NCBI GenBank assembly: GCA_043754535.1
Contig: JAYUUN010000128.1
Location: forward strand, 156,946-176,945
Source: Chloroflexota bacterium
GTDB taxonomy: Bacteria; Chloroflexota; Chloroflexia; QHBQ01
Direction: 5' to 3'
DNA: 20,000 nucleotides
Positions 9,901-18,323 of the stretch are shown piece by piece. The notes under the pieces are model-generated. The model did not search any database and was not told the DNA's origin. It saw only the letters and a program-made list of their open reading frames with translations. Numbering within the stretch: the first letter of the stretch is position 1; every line of letters starts with the position of its first letter. Made by a program: the position numbers and the translations under genes.

Positions 9901-10426
9901 CGAGGATGAAGTCATACTCCAACTGCCCACTCTTGCCATAGTAAGCAAGGTCAATGCCTGGGTAAACCCCCCGGTAGATTACCTTCGCATAGTTGGCTAT
10001 ACTGCTGTGCCACTTGCTGGCATCGTTGCCTACCAGGTAGTTGCTGACCCCCAGCTTCTTGTCTGCTGCGAGCAGGGTAGGGTTGGCGTTTGCGCCACGT
10101 AGTTGCAGTTGCAGCACCACTTCGCTGCTGGTGGCAGTGGCTGCTAGCTTCAACACGGCTTCCTGAGCGGTCAGGAAGACGGTGTAGCCCTTGCCCCGCG
10201 CAAGATATTGCACGCGAGGGTCAGTCTGACCTGCGTTGGCTTCAAAGTTGAGCGGCAGTTGGCTGAGGTTGTCGCGCACACGCTGCTCCTGGCTGCGCGA
10301 TGCGGTTCGTTGTGGGCTACTTTGCTGGTCGAGTGTCTGGTTCTGCGTGGGCAAGTAGGGAAGGAAGGTGGCTATCAAGATCAGGGCAAGGGCGGCGAGG
10401 CTCAACCGTCGAGTAGAATTGTTCAA
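6935..10426 (-). CDS. Secreted SBBP beta-propeller repeat protein with Pro/Thr linker and three C-terminal SLH domains
   Basis: TTG start after GAAAGGA and a signal peptide ([16 protein letters not shown]). N-terminal [11 protein letters not shown]...[10 protein letters not shown] domain. Seven (Y/F)STY(L/F)GG..D....IAVD..G.AY.TG.T.S.DFP repeats, then TNTP repeats. SLH motifs FPDVP...[11 protein letters not shown] / ITRAEL. Confidence 0.92.
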   Translation of the reverse strand: MNNSTRRLSLAALALILIATFLPYLPTQNQTLDQQSSPQRTASRSQEQRVRDNLSQLPLNFEANAGQTDPRVQYLARGKGYTVFLTAQEAVLKLAATATSSEVVLQLQLRGANANPTLLAADKKLGVSNYLVGNDASKWHSSIANYAKVIYRGVYPGIDLAYYGKSGQLEYDFILAPQADPSQIRLALTGAQQLAVSGERLAIQTAVGTIYQPAPYIYQDTAQGRQAVAGGYQLTASGEVGFSVAAYDRSLPLVIDPIITFATYLGGTNIAHQDDEAVSIAVDATGSAYITGWTKSNLDFPIVPPAGAFQGQFGNGQYDAFVSKLDAAGMNLLYSTYLGGNGQDRGTGIATDSLGSAYVTGFTYSTDFPTANSPTQPNLAGSDDVFLSRLNPLGTGLVFSTYFGGSQSDEARGIAVDAAGNAYLTGFTDSPNFPTVIPVQPDGAARDAFVSMFSLNGDSLYSTYLGDQGAGGGGSTDEGNAIAVDLLGDAYVVGFTSSLNFKTVNPYDGTEAGSSDAFLTKISPSGSAYLYSSYLGGSLTEDAYGVAVGAGGVAYVVGQTNSNSDFPLQNAAQSTYGGGNDAFVTAMPTTGSPFPLLYSTYLGGSSDDIAYGVAVNATANAFVVGRTSSDTGFPLLNPIAGQGVLSGGSDAFISQLAPTGSSFVYSTYFGGDGFDEAKAVTFGVTGDVYVTGDTYSTNLPVNNTAYDQSYDGGEDGFIARINGANPTPTPTNTPSPTNTPQPTNTPTDTPTTQPTNTPVVPTNTPIGPTNTPTSTLTNTPVVPTNTPTNTPVGPTNTPVATNTPVATNTPVATDTPTNTPVGPTNTPGGPTNTPVATNTPVATNTPVATNTPVATNTPVATNTPGGPTNTPGGPTNTPVATNTPVATNTSVGPTNTPGGPTNTPVATNTPVGPTNTPGGSTNTPVATNTPVGPTNTPGGSTNTPVATNTPVATNTPVGPTNTPGGPTNTPTAAVFPDVPANFFAYNEISYLVGHNIIGGFPGGLFQPNANTTRAQFSKMIVLAFGLPLLNPATPSYSDVPTNYWAYRYIESARTASVINGYDAVTCQVSGVVGPCFLPSKSITRAELVKIVVKVKAYPANCPSQIFPDVPTNHWAYCAVSTAQNKGVISGYPGNPAIFGPNQAITRAELSVVLYRALVTALHR
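7515..8250 (-). repeat. Intragenic tandem repeat encoding VATNTP / GGPTNTP / VGPTNTP units
   Basis: 18- and 21-nt units, with a near-identical 60-nt higher-order repeat at about 7581-7785. Confidence 0.9.
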
Positions 10427-10604
10427 TGGGACATCCTTTCAAACTGCGGGGTTAGTAGTGATCGCCATTAGCTGTGACCACAGAGTAATTCTAACCACAG
10501 AGGGTGTCCATTTCTGTTGGATTTTGTTGGCTGTTTGGCAGCATCTGTGCTGGCAGCAAATCATGGCTGGGCCAAGCACAGGGTGCAGCAGGCGCACTCC
10601 GCTT

Positions 10605-10633
10605 TTGCCTGTCAGCCCACGATCAGCTATAAT
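10605..10633 (+). promoter_or_regulatory. Sigma70-type promoter for 10773..11120
   Basis: TTGCCT-N17-TATAAT. Confidence 0.6.
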
Positions 10634-10772
10634 GAGCGCACGCTTATTGCTGCAAACCTGCAAGAGGGTGCTAGCCGCAGCCCAGGAGACGATGCGGCTG
10701 GCGCGCTACAACGTGGAGTTGAACGCGGGACGATTGAACAGCAGTAGCTACTAGCCGAACGAGGGATCGAAG

Positions 10773-11120
10773 ATGCAAATTGGTGCAGGCGAAGGTGGCA
10801 GTCTAGCAGGCGATAGCCTCTGGCGATTGTTGATCGCCCTGCTAGAGATAGTGGTTGGGCTAGGGCTGCTGCTCACCCCTTACTGGACGCGGCGCAAGCT
10901 CGTGCGGCTCCGCAGCAGCACGGCCACCAGCCGTCAGCGGCACATCGTCCTGTTTACCATTGCGGGCGTGGCTGCCATCATCAGCGGTATCTTCCTGATC
11001 GTGCAGGGAGGGGACATCGGCTCGTCACTGATCCCCCTCGGCATGATCGGCGCAGCGGTGGCAACTGCCCTGCTGCCGAGCCGCGACGAGCAGGTGGATG
11101 AGGAGCAGAGCGAGAGCTAG
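10773..11120 (+). CDS. Small three-TM membrane hypothetical protein
   Basis: GAGGG before the ATG, three hydrophobic segments separated by a basic loop, acidic C-terminal tail. Confidence 0.7.
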   Translation: MQIGAGEGGSLAGDSLWRLLIALLEIVVGLGLLLTPYWTRRKLVRLRSSTATSRQRHIVLFTIAGVAAIISGIFLIVQGGDIGSSLIPLGMIGAAVATALLPSRDEQVDEEQSES

Positions 11121-11193
11121 GGCCGCTTCAGCCCACCAAGCTCATGATGCGCCCTGCTTCAGAGCAGACCGCTAGAACTCCTGGCCCTAACTG

Positions 11194-11547
11194 CTACAGC
11201 GTCCCGCTCGCCACCTCCACAAAGGGTAGGAACTCGCCATCCGCACGGCGCGGGAAGGGCTGCACCAGTAGCACGGCAGTGCGGTTGACCGGGCCGTAGA
11301 TGTGGGGGTAGAGCAGTTTGCCGTGGTCGAACCGCCAGGGGCTGCCCGTTGCCTCCAGGTCGATGGTCAGCAGATAGTAGGGGCGGGGATCGCTGCGGTA
11401 GTGGCGGTTGGCGGTGGTGACCATGTTGGCTGCTCCGTCAGTGCAGTGGATAAAACCCTCATCAGCCAGCGAAGTAGCGGCGTAGGGTATGCTGGCGGGC
11501 AGCTTGTCCCACACCTCCATCGGGGTTATGTGGTAGGTCAGTCTCAT
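11194..11547 (-). CDS. DUF952 domain-containing protein
   Basis: YHI, SLADEGFIHCT, LLTID and YPHIYGPVN..AV motifs; GAGGAG RBS. Confidence 0.9.
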   Translation of the reverse strand: MRLTYHITPMEVWDKLPASIPYAATSLADEGFIHCTDGAANMVTTANRHYRSDPRPYYLLTIDLEATGSPWRFDHGKLLYPHIYGPVNRTAVLLVQPFPRRADGEFLPFVEVASGTL

Positions 11548-11568
11548 CTTTGCTCCTCTGGCAGGTCC

Positions 11569-11599
11569 AACAAAGCCCCTCCCTGGGCGGGGAGAGGCT
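11569..11599 (-). terminator. Hairpin between the vWA and DUF952 genes (terminator or mRNA-stabilising stem)
   Basis: Minus strand AGCCTCTCCC-6nt-GGGAGGGGCT followed by TTGTT. Confidence 0.45.
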
Positions 11600-11610
11600 C
11601 TGGCGAACGG

Positions 11611-12996
11611 CTATTCTGTGCTGGCGGAGTCACTCGCGCCGCTGCCACGTGCGTTCTCGGCGGCTACGCTCTCCCCCTGCAAGGCATCGGGTAGCTCCGT
11701 CTGGGCCAGCTTGCGGGTGGCAAAGGTTAGCTTCTTGGTACCAGCCGCAGACATCTTGCCCTGAGCTTCAAGGTTGCTGGCCTCGGCCTCAGCCTGGTTC
11801 GCCAGGTCTACCTCACCCAAGTTGAGCAGGCGGGTCGCTGCCGCCCGCAGCTTACTGGTTGCCCCTGCGATATTGCCGACCTCGGCCTCGCTCAGGGCAG
11901 TGGTTTGCAGCTTGAAAGCAGTCGCCTTCTCCACCAGGTTCATCACGCGCGGGTTGAGAGCCTCGCGGGGAGCCTCGGCGGGGGCTTCCTCGTAGGTGAG
12001 GGTGACATCGCTCTGCAACTCGCGGCTGCCAGCCCCTACGGTTGGCACCTCGTAGGTGAATTGCAACTGGGCGACCCGGAACGTGCCAACGGGCCGGGCT
12101 GGCAGCAGCACCTCAGAGAGGATCGTCTGCGCCTTGCCTGCACTCAGTTCGCCAAGCTGCACCGTGATCACGTTCTCTGTCTGCATAGTGTCCAGCTTGA
12201 GCTTGCGGATCATTGGGGTCATCTGGTAGACCGTGCGCGCCTCTACCCCACCACCAAGCCGCATGGTGAGGGTGGCATTCTGCACCACCGCTTCCTTCAT
12301 CTCCTGCACCGTGCGCTCAAAGTATTTGGCGATCTCGTCTGGCTTGTTGATGAAGTCGCTCTGGCCCTTGCTGTTGTCAGCGATAGCGTCAAGTAGACTT
12401 TCGTTCCAATCAGTGCCGAGGCCGAGGGCGATGATCGAGATGCCCACCTCACCTGCCTGGCGGGCCACATCCTTGCAGACTGGCTCATCGCCGCCTGGTT
12501 CGTCGCCCCAGGTCTGGCCGTCGGTAAGCAGGATCATGCGGTGCAGGTAGTTGCCCGCTGGGTTGGCGGTGCGTACTTTCTTCAACTCGTCCAGCCCCAG
12601 CAGCATCCCCCGCGACATGGTAGTACCACCAGCCACGCGGATACCATCCACTGCCTTCTTCATCTGCGTCTTGCCATCATCCGTCACCAGGGTGGCGGGG
12701 ACGATCACGCGGGCGTTGTCGGAGAAGACAACGACGGTGGCCGAGTCGCCCGCTTCGAGCAGGTCAATCACCTGCTTGACCGCCTCCTTCAGTTGCTCCA
12801 GCTTGTTATCCTCATCCATCGAGCCGCTATGGTCGAGAACGAGCGCGAGGTTGAGCGGGGTCTTGTTCTGTACCGCCACGCTCATTGCGGTGGGCGGGGT
12901 AATGTCAATCGCCAGGTAGCCAAGCTGCGTCTGCTGCATCACTGGGGCTGCACTGCGCCCCCACGACCATTTGAGTGTTACCTGCTCATCAGCCAT
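11611..12996 (-). CDS. vWA (MIDAS) domain protein, YfbK/Ca-activated chloride channel homolog type
   Basis: PLNLALVLDHSGSM, GGTTM, ILLTDGQ, GLGTDWNESLL and a helical C-terminus. I prefer the ATG at 12996 (AAGGAGG RBS) over the track start at 13086. Confidence 0.9.
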   Translation of the reverse strand: MADEQVTLKWSWGRSAAPVMQQTQLGYLAIDITPPTAMSVAVQNKTPLNLALVLDHSGSMDEDNKLEQLKEAVKQVIDLLEAGDSATVVVFSDNARVIVPATLVTDDGKTQMKKAVDGIRVAGGTTMSRGMLLGLDELKKVRTANPAGNYLHRMILLTDGQTWGDEPGGDEPVCKDVARQAGEVGISIIALGLGTDWNESLLDAIADNSKGQSDFINKPDEIAKYFERTVQEMKEAVVQNATLTMRLGGGVEARTVYQMTPMIRKLKLDTMQTENVITVQLGELSAGKAQTILSEVLLPARPVGTFRVAQLQFTYEVPTVGAGSRELQSDVTLTYEEAPAEAPREALNPRVMNLVEKATAFKLQTTALSEAEVGNIAGATSKLRAAATRLLNLGEVDLANQAEAEASNLEAQGKMSAAGTKKLTFATRKLAQTELPDALQGESVAAENARGSGASDSASTE

Positions 12997-13040
12997 CTTG
13001 CGCCCTCCTTGTGGTCTACGTCGGTTTTGGTTACGCGGAT

Positions 13041-13049
13041 AGTATAACA
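13041..13049 (-). promoter_or_regulatory. Extended -10 for the vWA gene
   Basis: Minus strand TGTTATACT about 45 nt upstream of ATG 12996. Confidence 0.45.
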
Positions 13050-13224
13050 TAAGACAGGAGGATGGGGGTTTAGGTTTCCACAGCAAAGCTGCCGCTCCTT
13101 GTTCACCACAACCAGGCAGCCAGAACCTGACTTCGGCAAACCTTCTCCTCCAGCTTCGCTAGCTGCCCCACAGTCGTAAACTGTCGCTGGCATAAAACTG
13201 GCTGGAGAGAGTTGTTGCTTACTA

Positions 13225-13233
13225 TGTTATAAT
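13225..13233 (+). promoter_or_regulatory. Extended -10 for the 13270/13607 operon
   Basis: TGTTATAAT 36 nt upstream of ATG 13270. Confidence 0.55.
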
Positions 13234-13269
13234 CGGTTCTGCGAAACAGCCAAAAGCCAGGAGATTGCG

Positions 13270-13560
13270 ATGAGCGAACCAACCAACACGCGTAAATCGG
13301 CAGAGGGTACCGCTGCCAGTGCCGACCCAACCACGATCACGGTAGCGAGCGAAACGGCGATCACGGCTGGCCCACCAGAGCGGATCGTCAGTGATATTCG
13401 TTACAAGCACATGGGCAATGAATGGGAGAGCCACTTGCAGGCGATGCGTGGCCTCAAGCGGCGCAGCCTACGTGGTAGCGATGACTTCCCCGGCAGCTTC
13501 TGGGAGCCGGTCGAGGAGGAGCGTTATGGCCCGGAGCCAGAGCAGCCCGCCAGCAAGTAG
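13270..13560 (+). CDS. Hypothetical protein (96 aa)
   Basis: AGGAG RBS and an upstream extended -10. No recognisable family. Confidence 0.65.
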   Translation: MSEPTNTRKSAEGTAASADPTTITVASETAITAGPPERIVSDIRYKHMGNEWESHLQAMRGLKRRSLRGSDDFPGSFWEPVEEERYGPEPEQPASK

Positions 13561-13606
13561 CCACCTTCCCCGCCAGGGGCAACCATGATCGATGAGGAGG
13601 CAGTTT

Positions 13607-14581
13607 ATGGAAGATCAGCGCAACAACACCGCGCAACCCTCTGCGGTAGAAGTGCAGGCCAGCGATGTCACCACGCCACTGGTAGACAACAGTACGACAC
13701 AGGATAGCAACAGCGACTTGAACAGCGTAGCCAGCTACGGCCACGGCCACGGCGAGAGTCTACATGGCAACCTTGAGGATGGGAGTGGTATATTCTACGG
13801 CGACGAGGGTGTTGACCGCGACATTGACACAACCACGGCCCAGTCCTTCAGCGACGGCCACCACCCCCTTCGCAACCCTGTTGACGGCATCCATGAAGCC
13901 GACAACCCGCTGATCGCCAGCAATGATCTGCCCGATTACAGCGGCGGCAGTGGTGAGCAACTGCAAGGCCAGAGCCAGACCAGCGCAACCCAGGTGCGGA
14001 TGCAGGACGAGCGTAATAGGGCGGCCAGTGGCGGCGCACAACTCGGCCAGCAAAATACAGCGGGTTCAGCCAGCAGCCCCGACCGCCTGGAAGGCCCAAC
14101 CAGTCAGCCCGCGATCATGACCAGTGCAGTCGAGGATATGCTCACTGCGGGACGTTCTGGCGGTGGCGCAGGGGATCCACTAGCGGCTCGGATGCTGGGT
14201 ACTCAGCGCGAGGGTGAACTGGCAGCCAGCCGCAACCCCGAAATACGCGACCCCGGCATGAGCGATGGCTATCTCTATGCCAAAGACGACGACAACAACC
14301 CTGATGTGAACGAGAACATCGCACAGGCGGTAGGCATGGCTTACAACCCGGCCAATGTTGCCCACGACAACCGCCGCAGCCAACTGATGCTGACCTTGCC
14401 CACGGCACAGCTAGCCCAGTTGCGTGCTGAACTACGCAGCGTAGGGGTCAACGAGGGCGAGATTGAAGTGCGTGAGCAGGAGGGTACGGTCAGTATGGTG
14501 CTGGTCGAAGCCGACACCCTCACCCGCCCCTATGTTGAGCAAGCCTTCAACCGCTATCGCAGCCTGGACAGCACCAGCTAG
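13607..14581 (+). CDS. Acidic, largely low-complexity hypothetical protein with a small C-terminal alpha/beta domain
   Basis: GAGGAGG RBS before ATG 13607. D/S/G/Q-rich body, then LMLTL...LRAELRSVGVNEGEIEV....SMVLVEA. Confidence 0.75.
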   Translation: MEDQRNNTAQPSAVEVQASDVTTPLVDNSTTQDSNSDLNSVASYGHGHGESLHGNLEDGSGIFYGDEGVDRDIDTTTAQSFSDGHHPLRNPVDGIHEADNPLIASNDLPDYSGGSGEQLQGQSQTSATQVRMQDERNRAASGGAQLGQQNTAGSASSPDRLEGPTSQPAIMTSAVEDMLTAGRSGGGAGDPLAARMLGTQREGELAASRNPEIRDPGMSDGYLYAKDDDNNPDVNENIAQAVGMAYNPANVAHDNRRSQLMLTLPTAQLAQLRAELRSVGVNEGEIEVREQEGTVSMVLVEADTLTRPYVEQAFNRYRSLDSTS

Positions 14582-16460
14582 CCTGCAGCGAGCGGCACAC
14601 GGGGACGGCACAGGCCGCCCCCTTCTTTTTGCCCGCTAACCTGTCTAGCGCGTTCTTGACCACCTTTGCCAGTTCGCCGCGCCGCACATTGTCGTTTGGT
14701 CGATAGCAGAGGCCAGTGCCGCAGCTTGCCCCGCTGACCACCCCCCGCTGGTAGAGGGTTTCGATCTCCAGGTAGAAGGTGTTGCTGGGCGGTACGTCGG
14801 CGAAGCTGGCAGTAGCCGGGGTGTAGTCGGGGTAGTTGCGCGCCCGCTTGACGATCTTCGCCACCTGTCCCCGCGTTACGCTCTGGTTGGAGCGGAAGCA
14901 CGGCTGGCTGGGAGCAGGGGTACCAGGGTCGACACATTGGGCGGGGCTAAAGCCATTGATCACCCCAGCATGAGCAGCGGCCTCAATAAAAGTGTAGAAG
15001 ATGTTGTTGCTAGTTACATCGCTAAAGGTTGGGTTGGGCGGCGCATAAGCGGGGATGCCGAAGGCGTTGACGGCGATCTTGGCGAGTTGGCCCCGCGTGG
15101 TGTTTGCGTTCGGGCGGAAGCTACCATCAAAGTAGCCGCTAAGTATCTGGTGGCAGGCCAGATACTGGATTTCGTTGTAGAAGATATAGCTGGGCGGCAC
15201 ATCGAGGAAACTGATCGTGCATGGTGTCGCCGTCGCACTGACGGTTGCCGTCGCACTGATGGTCACTGTCGCCCTGCTGGTCGGGCTGGCAGTCGGGGTG
15301 CTGCTAGCAGCGGGGAGGGTGGCGGTGGTGGTCAAGCCGGGGGTGGCAGTGGCGGCAGCGGTAGCAGTAGTGGTCAAGCCGGGGGTACAGGTCGGGCCGG
15401 GGGTGAGCGCGCTGGGTAGGTAGAGGTACTCTACACTGGCTGTCGTCTGCGGATTGTAGCCGCCCGCCACCACCACGCGGTCGCCAAGTGTCCCTTGCAC
15501 GTGAGCAGCACGAGCATGACGTAGTGCAGGGCCAGCAGCCCAGCTGTCGGTTGCCGGGTCGTAGAGGTAGGTATCAGTTGCATAGCTGTCGCTGCCGCCG
15601 TCAAAGCCGCCAGTGAGCAGTAGCTTGCCCGCATAGACGCTGAGGCCAGGGTACTTGCGCTCGCCACTAAAGGGAGCGGGTGCGACCGTACTCCACTGTG
15701 TGTTGCTGTAGACAAAGACGGCGTTGGAGTCGCTGCTGGCGTGCCGTCCACCAACGACGTAGATGCTGCCGTTCAACTCTGCCGCCGCCGCCCCCGATAC
15801 GCCGTCGGGCATTGCCAGACCGAACTGCCAGTAGTTGAGGTCGGACCGCGCCTTGTAGATGTAGGTGTTGCTGCTCGCCGAGGAGTTTGGCACGTAGCCA
15901 CCCAGCATATAGAACTCGTAGCCCTTGAAAGCAGCCATGCCTTGCCCAATGGGGAACTCTGTGCCGTCGCTCAGAACCATTGGCGGCTTACTGCCCCAGA
16001 TGTTGAGGGTAGGAGTGTACGCCTCGAAAGCGGTCAATATCTGGGTGCCAGTCAGCCCGCCAGCAAGGAAGATCGTGCCGCTGTAGGTCCCCGCCGCTGC
16101 CCCAGCCCGCGCGGTGAGTAGCGGAGCGGCCAGCGTCCAGGTGCCAGTGATCGGATCGTAGTAAATGTTGGTGCTGGTAACAAAACCGCGCGCATCCACC
16201 CCACCGAGTGAGTAGAGTCGGTTGCCGACCACTGCCCCCGCTGCCGAGTCCAGCGGCCCAGGCAAGGATGGCCCCTCCTGCCACTCAGTTAGCCCGCAAC
16301 TCAACGGAGCCTGACCTGGCGTGCCTGGCAGACTGGCCGCCGCTAGTGCCTGTTTACCCTCCCCCCTGCGTGAGGGTAGACCTGAGTGGGGGGTGGCGGC
16401 CCAACCAAGCAAGAGGCTGACGATGAGGGTGAGGGTGAGAAGTAGATTCAGTTTACGCAA
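14547..16460 (-). CDS. Secreted kelch-repeat beta-propeller protein with three C-terminal SLH domains
   Basis: TTG at 16460 after AAGGAG and a signal peptide. Six kelch GG motifs (LYSLGG, IFLAGG, FYMLGG, IYVVGG, LLLTGG, VVVAGG), a T/A/P linker, and SLH motifs FLDVP..., FRPNANTTRGQLAK. Confidence 0.9.
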   Translation of the reverse strand: MRKLNLLLTLTLIVSLLLGWAATPHSGLPSRRGEGKQALAAASLPGTPGQAPLSCGLTEWQEGPSLPGPLDSAAGAVVGNRLYSLGGVDARGFVTSTNIYYDPITGTWTLAAPLLTARAGAAAGTYSGTIFLAGGLTGTQILTAFEAYTPTLNIWGSKPPMVLSDGTEFPIGQGMAAFKGYEFYMLGGYVPNSSASSNTYIYKARSDLNYWQFGLAMPDGVSGAAAAELNGSIYVVGGRHASSDSNAVFVYSNTQWSTVAPAPFSGERKYPGLSVYAGKLLLTGGFDGGSDSYATDTYLYDPATDSWAAGPALRHARAAHVQGTLGDRVVVAGGYNPQTTASVEYLYLPSALTPGPTCTPGLTTTATAAATATPGLTTTATLPAASSTPTASPTSRATVTISATATVSATATPCTISFLDVPPSYIFYNEIQYLACHQILSGYFDGSFRPNANTTRGQLAKIAVNAFGIPAYAPPNPTFSDVTSNNIFYTFIEAAAHAGVINGFSPAQCVDPGTPAPSQPCFRSNQSVTRGQVAKIVKRARNYPDYTPATASFADVPPSNTFYLEIETLYQRGVVSGASCGTGLCYRPNDNVRRGELAKVVKNALDRLAGKKKGAACAVPVCRSLQASWCCPGCDSG

Positions 16461-16490
16461 GTTGCTTTCTCCTTCTGCTGATTTAACCCC

Positions 16491-16519
16491 ATTATGGTAT
16501 GATAAGCACACATTTGCAA
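16491..16519. promoter_or_regulatory. Overlapping divergent promoters (kelch-SLH gene on minus, GT2 gene on plus)
   Basis: Minus strand TTGCAA-N17-CATAAT; plus strand TGGTATGAT extended -10 at 16495-16503. Confidence 0.45.
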
Positions 16520-16556
16520 GCTACCGGAGGTCGTTCTGTCCAGCCCACTGCGCAAT

Positions 16557-18323
16557 TTGCCCGCCAGCCTGACCGTCGTCGTAATCGCCCGCGATGAGGC
16601 ACGCCATATTGCGGCCTGCCTTGCCAGCGTGCAACCCCTCAGCCACGACCTGCTGGTGATCCTCGACGAGCGCACGACGGACGATACAGCCCACCTGGCC
16701 GAGGCAGCAGGGGCGCGGGTGGTCAGCAGCCGCTTCGTCAACTTCTCTGCCCAGCGTAACCGCGCCTTGCAAGAGGCAGGTGGTGACTACGTACTGTTCA
16801 TTGATGCTGACGAGCGTTGCCCAGCAATGCTGGTGGCAGAGATCAGCGCGTTGCTGGCCCAAGAGCCGCTGGCGGGCTACTGGTTGCCGCGTCGCAACTA
16901 CTTCTTCGGCCACCTGGTCAACTATGCAGGCTGGTGGCCCGACTACCAGTTGCGGCTGCTACGGCGGGTAGGGACGGGCTACGACGAGGGGCGCGAAGTA
17001 CACGAGGAGGCGATCCTGGCGGGCGCGAGCGGGCGGTTGCAGCAGCCGCTGACGCATTACAACTACGACACCTGGGCGCAGTTCCGCCGTAAGCAACGCT
17101 ACTATGCAGGCTTCGAGGCTAGCGTGCTACACAGGAGCGGGCAGCGGGCGAAGCTGCGTAACTTCGTGCTGCAACCACTGCGCGAGTTCCGCCGCCGCTA
17201 CTTCACCCTCGGCGGTTGGCGCGGCGGCCCACTGGGGCTAGCCCTCTCTGCCGCAATGGGTTGGTATGAGCTACGCAAGTATTGGCTACTCTGGCGGCTG
17301 CGGCGGCAGCGTTTAGGGAGTTGTGCTATAATCGAGGTCATGGACGAGCTACGTTTTGTTGACCTATTCTGTGGCATTGGCGGCTTTCGGCTGGCTGCCG
17401 AGTCGGTTTGCCACGCACGCGGCCTGCAAGCACAATGCGTGTTCTCCTCCGATATCGACCCCGACGCGCAGAGAGTGTACGCCGCCAACTTTGGTGAGCA
17501 GCCATTCGGCGACATCCGTGAGGTAGTTGCAGAGGGGGTACCGGATCATGATGTTTTGTTCGCGGGCTTTCCCTGCCAACCGTTCAGCATTATTGGCGAC
17601 AAAAGGGGATTTGAGGATGCACGCGGTACGCTGTTCTTCGACGTTGCGCGCATCCTGGCCGCAAAGCGACCACAGGCTTTTGTGCTTGAGAATGTCAAGA
17701 TGCTGGTTGGGCATGACCAGGGTCGCACCCTTGCCCTGATGATGGAGACGCTCAGGGACATCGGCTACCATGCTAGCTATCGGGTGCTGAACGCCCTCGA
17801 TTATGGGCTACCGCAGAAACGCGAGCGTGTCTTCATCGTTGGCTTCCTCAAGCCTCGGGCCTACTGCTGGCCTGGCGGCAAGCGACCGATGCGCTCCCTC
17901 GCCACGATCCTTGAGACGGTGGTAGCACCACGCTACTACGCCTCCGACTACATCCAGGCGAACCGCCGCACCAGCTATGGTCGCGTAGATGATCAGCCCA
18001 CCATCTGGCACGAGAACAAAGCGGGTCACGTCAGTGCCTACCCCTTCTCCTGCGCTTTGCGGGCGGGTGCATCCTACAACTACCTGTTGGTTAATGGTGA
18101 GCGGCGGCTGACTGAGCGCGAGATGCTGCGGCTGCAAGGCTTCCCCGACGACTTCCAGATAGCAGTGGGCTACAATGCGCTGCGGCGGCTGGCTGGCAAT
18201 GCAGTAGCAGTACCTTGTGTGGAGGCGGTACTTCATCCACTGCTTGATAGTCTGTTGGAGCAACACAAGGCTGTGGAGCAGCAGGCTATGCAGATCAACT
18301 TTTTGTGTCGGGTGGCACCGTGA
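16557..18323 (+). CDS. Glycosyltransferase family 2 (WaaE/KdtX-like) reading in frame into a C5 DNA cytosine methyltransferase
   Basis: N-terminal ~250 aa has GT-A motifs VVVIARDE, TTDDT, FSAQRN, LFIDADE, WWPDYQLRL, VHE, LTHY. There is no stop before the MTase Met at 17340. Confidence 0.8.
   Translation: MPASLTVVVIARDEARHIAACLASVQPLSHDLLVILDERTTDDTAHLAEAAGARVVSSRFVNFSAQRNRALQEAGGDYVLFIDADERCPAMLVAEISALLAQEPLAGYWLPRRNYFFGHLVNYAGWWPDYQLRLLRRVGTGYDEGREVHEEAILAGASGRLQQPLTHYNYDTWAQFRRKQRYYAGFEASVLHRSGQRAKLRNFVLQPLREFRRRYFTLGGWRGGPLGLALSAAMGWYELRKYWLLWRLRRQRLGSCAIIEVMDELRFVDLFCGIGGFRLAAESVCHARGLQAQCVFSSDIDPDAQRVYAANFGEQPFGDIREVVAEGVPDHDVLFAGFPCQPFSIIGDKRGFEDARGTLFFDVARILAAKRPQAFVLENVKMLVGHDQGRTLALMMETLRDIGYHASYRVLNALDYGLPQKRERVFIVGFLKPRAYCWPGGKRPMRSLATILETVVAPRYYASDYIQANRRTSYGRVDDQPTIWHENKAGHVSAYPFSCALRAGASYNYLLVNGERRLTEREMLRLQGFPDDFQIAVGYNALRRLAGNAVAVPCVEAVLHPLLDSLLEQHKAVEQQAMQINFLCRVAP
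17324..17332 (+). promoter_or_regulatory. Extended -10 promoter for a probably leaderless MTase-REase transcript
   Basis: TGCTATAAT followed by exactly 7 nt and then the ATG at 17340. Confidence 0.55.
17340..18323 (+). CDS. DNA (cytosine-5)-methyltransferase of a type II R-M system, probably M.HaeII/M.NgoAI-like (RGCGCY)
   Basis: Motif I FVDLFCGIGG, IV GFPCQPFS, VI ENV, VIII QKRERVFIVG, IX RRLTEREMLRLQGFP, X GNAVAVP. Coupled to a HaeII-family REase. Confidence 0.93.
   Translation: MDELRFVDLFCGIGGFRLAAESVCHARGLQAQCVFSSDIDPDAQRVYAANFGEQPFGDIREVVAEGVPDHDVLFAGFPCQPFSIIGDKRGFEDARGTLFFDVARILAAKRPQAFVLENVKMLVGHDQGRTLALMMETLRDIGYHASYRVLNALDYGLPQKRERVFIVGFLKPRAYCWPGGKRPMRSLATILETVVAPRYYASDYIQANRRTSYGRVDDQPTIWHENKAGHVSAYPFSCALRAGASYNYLLVNGERRLTEREMLRLQGFPDDFQIAVGYNALRRLAGNAVAVPCVEAVLHPLLDSLLEQHKAVEQQAMQINFLCRVAP

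Noticed and set aside
12997..13086. N-terminal extension of the vWA ORF
   Set aside because: A strong AAGGAGG precedes ATG 12996, and the extension spans the promoter.
16557..17339. GT2 as a phage-style DNA glucosyltransferase (hypermodification)
   Set aside because: Not supported as a call. The motifs match envelope WaaE/KdtX-type GT2, and no hydroxymethylase or TET/JBP gene is present. Kept only as a speculative note in the fusion finding.
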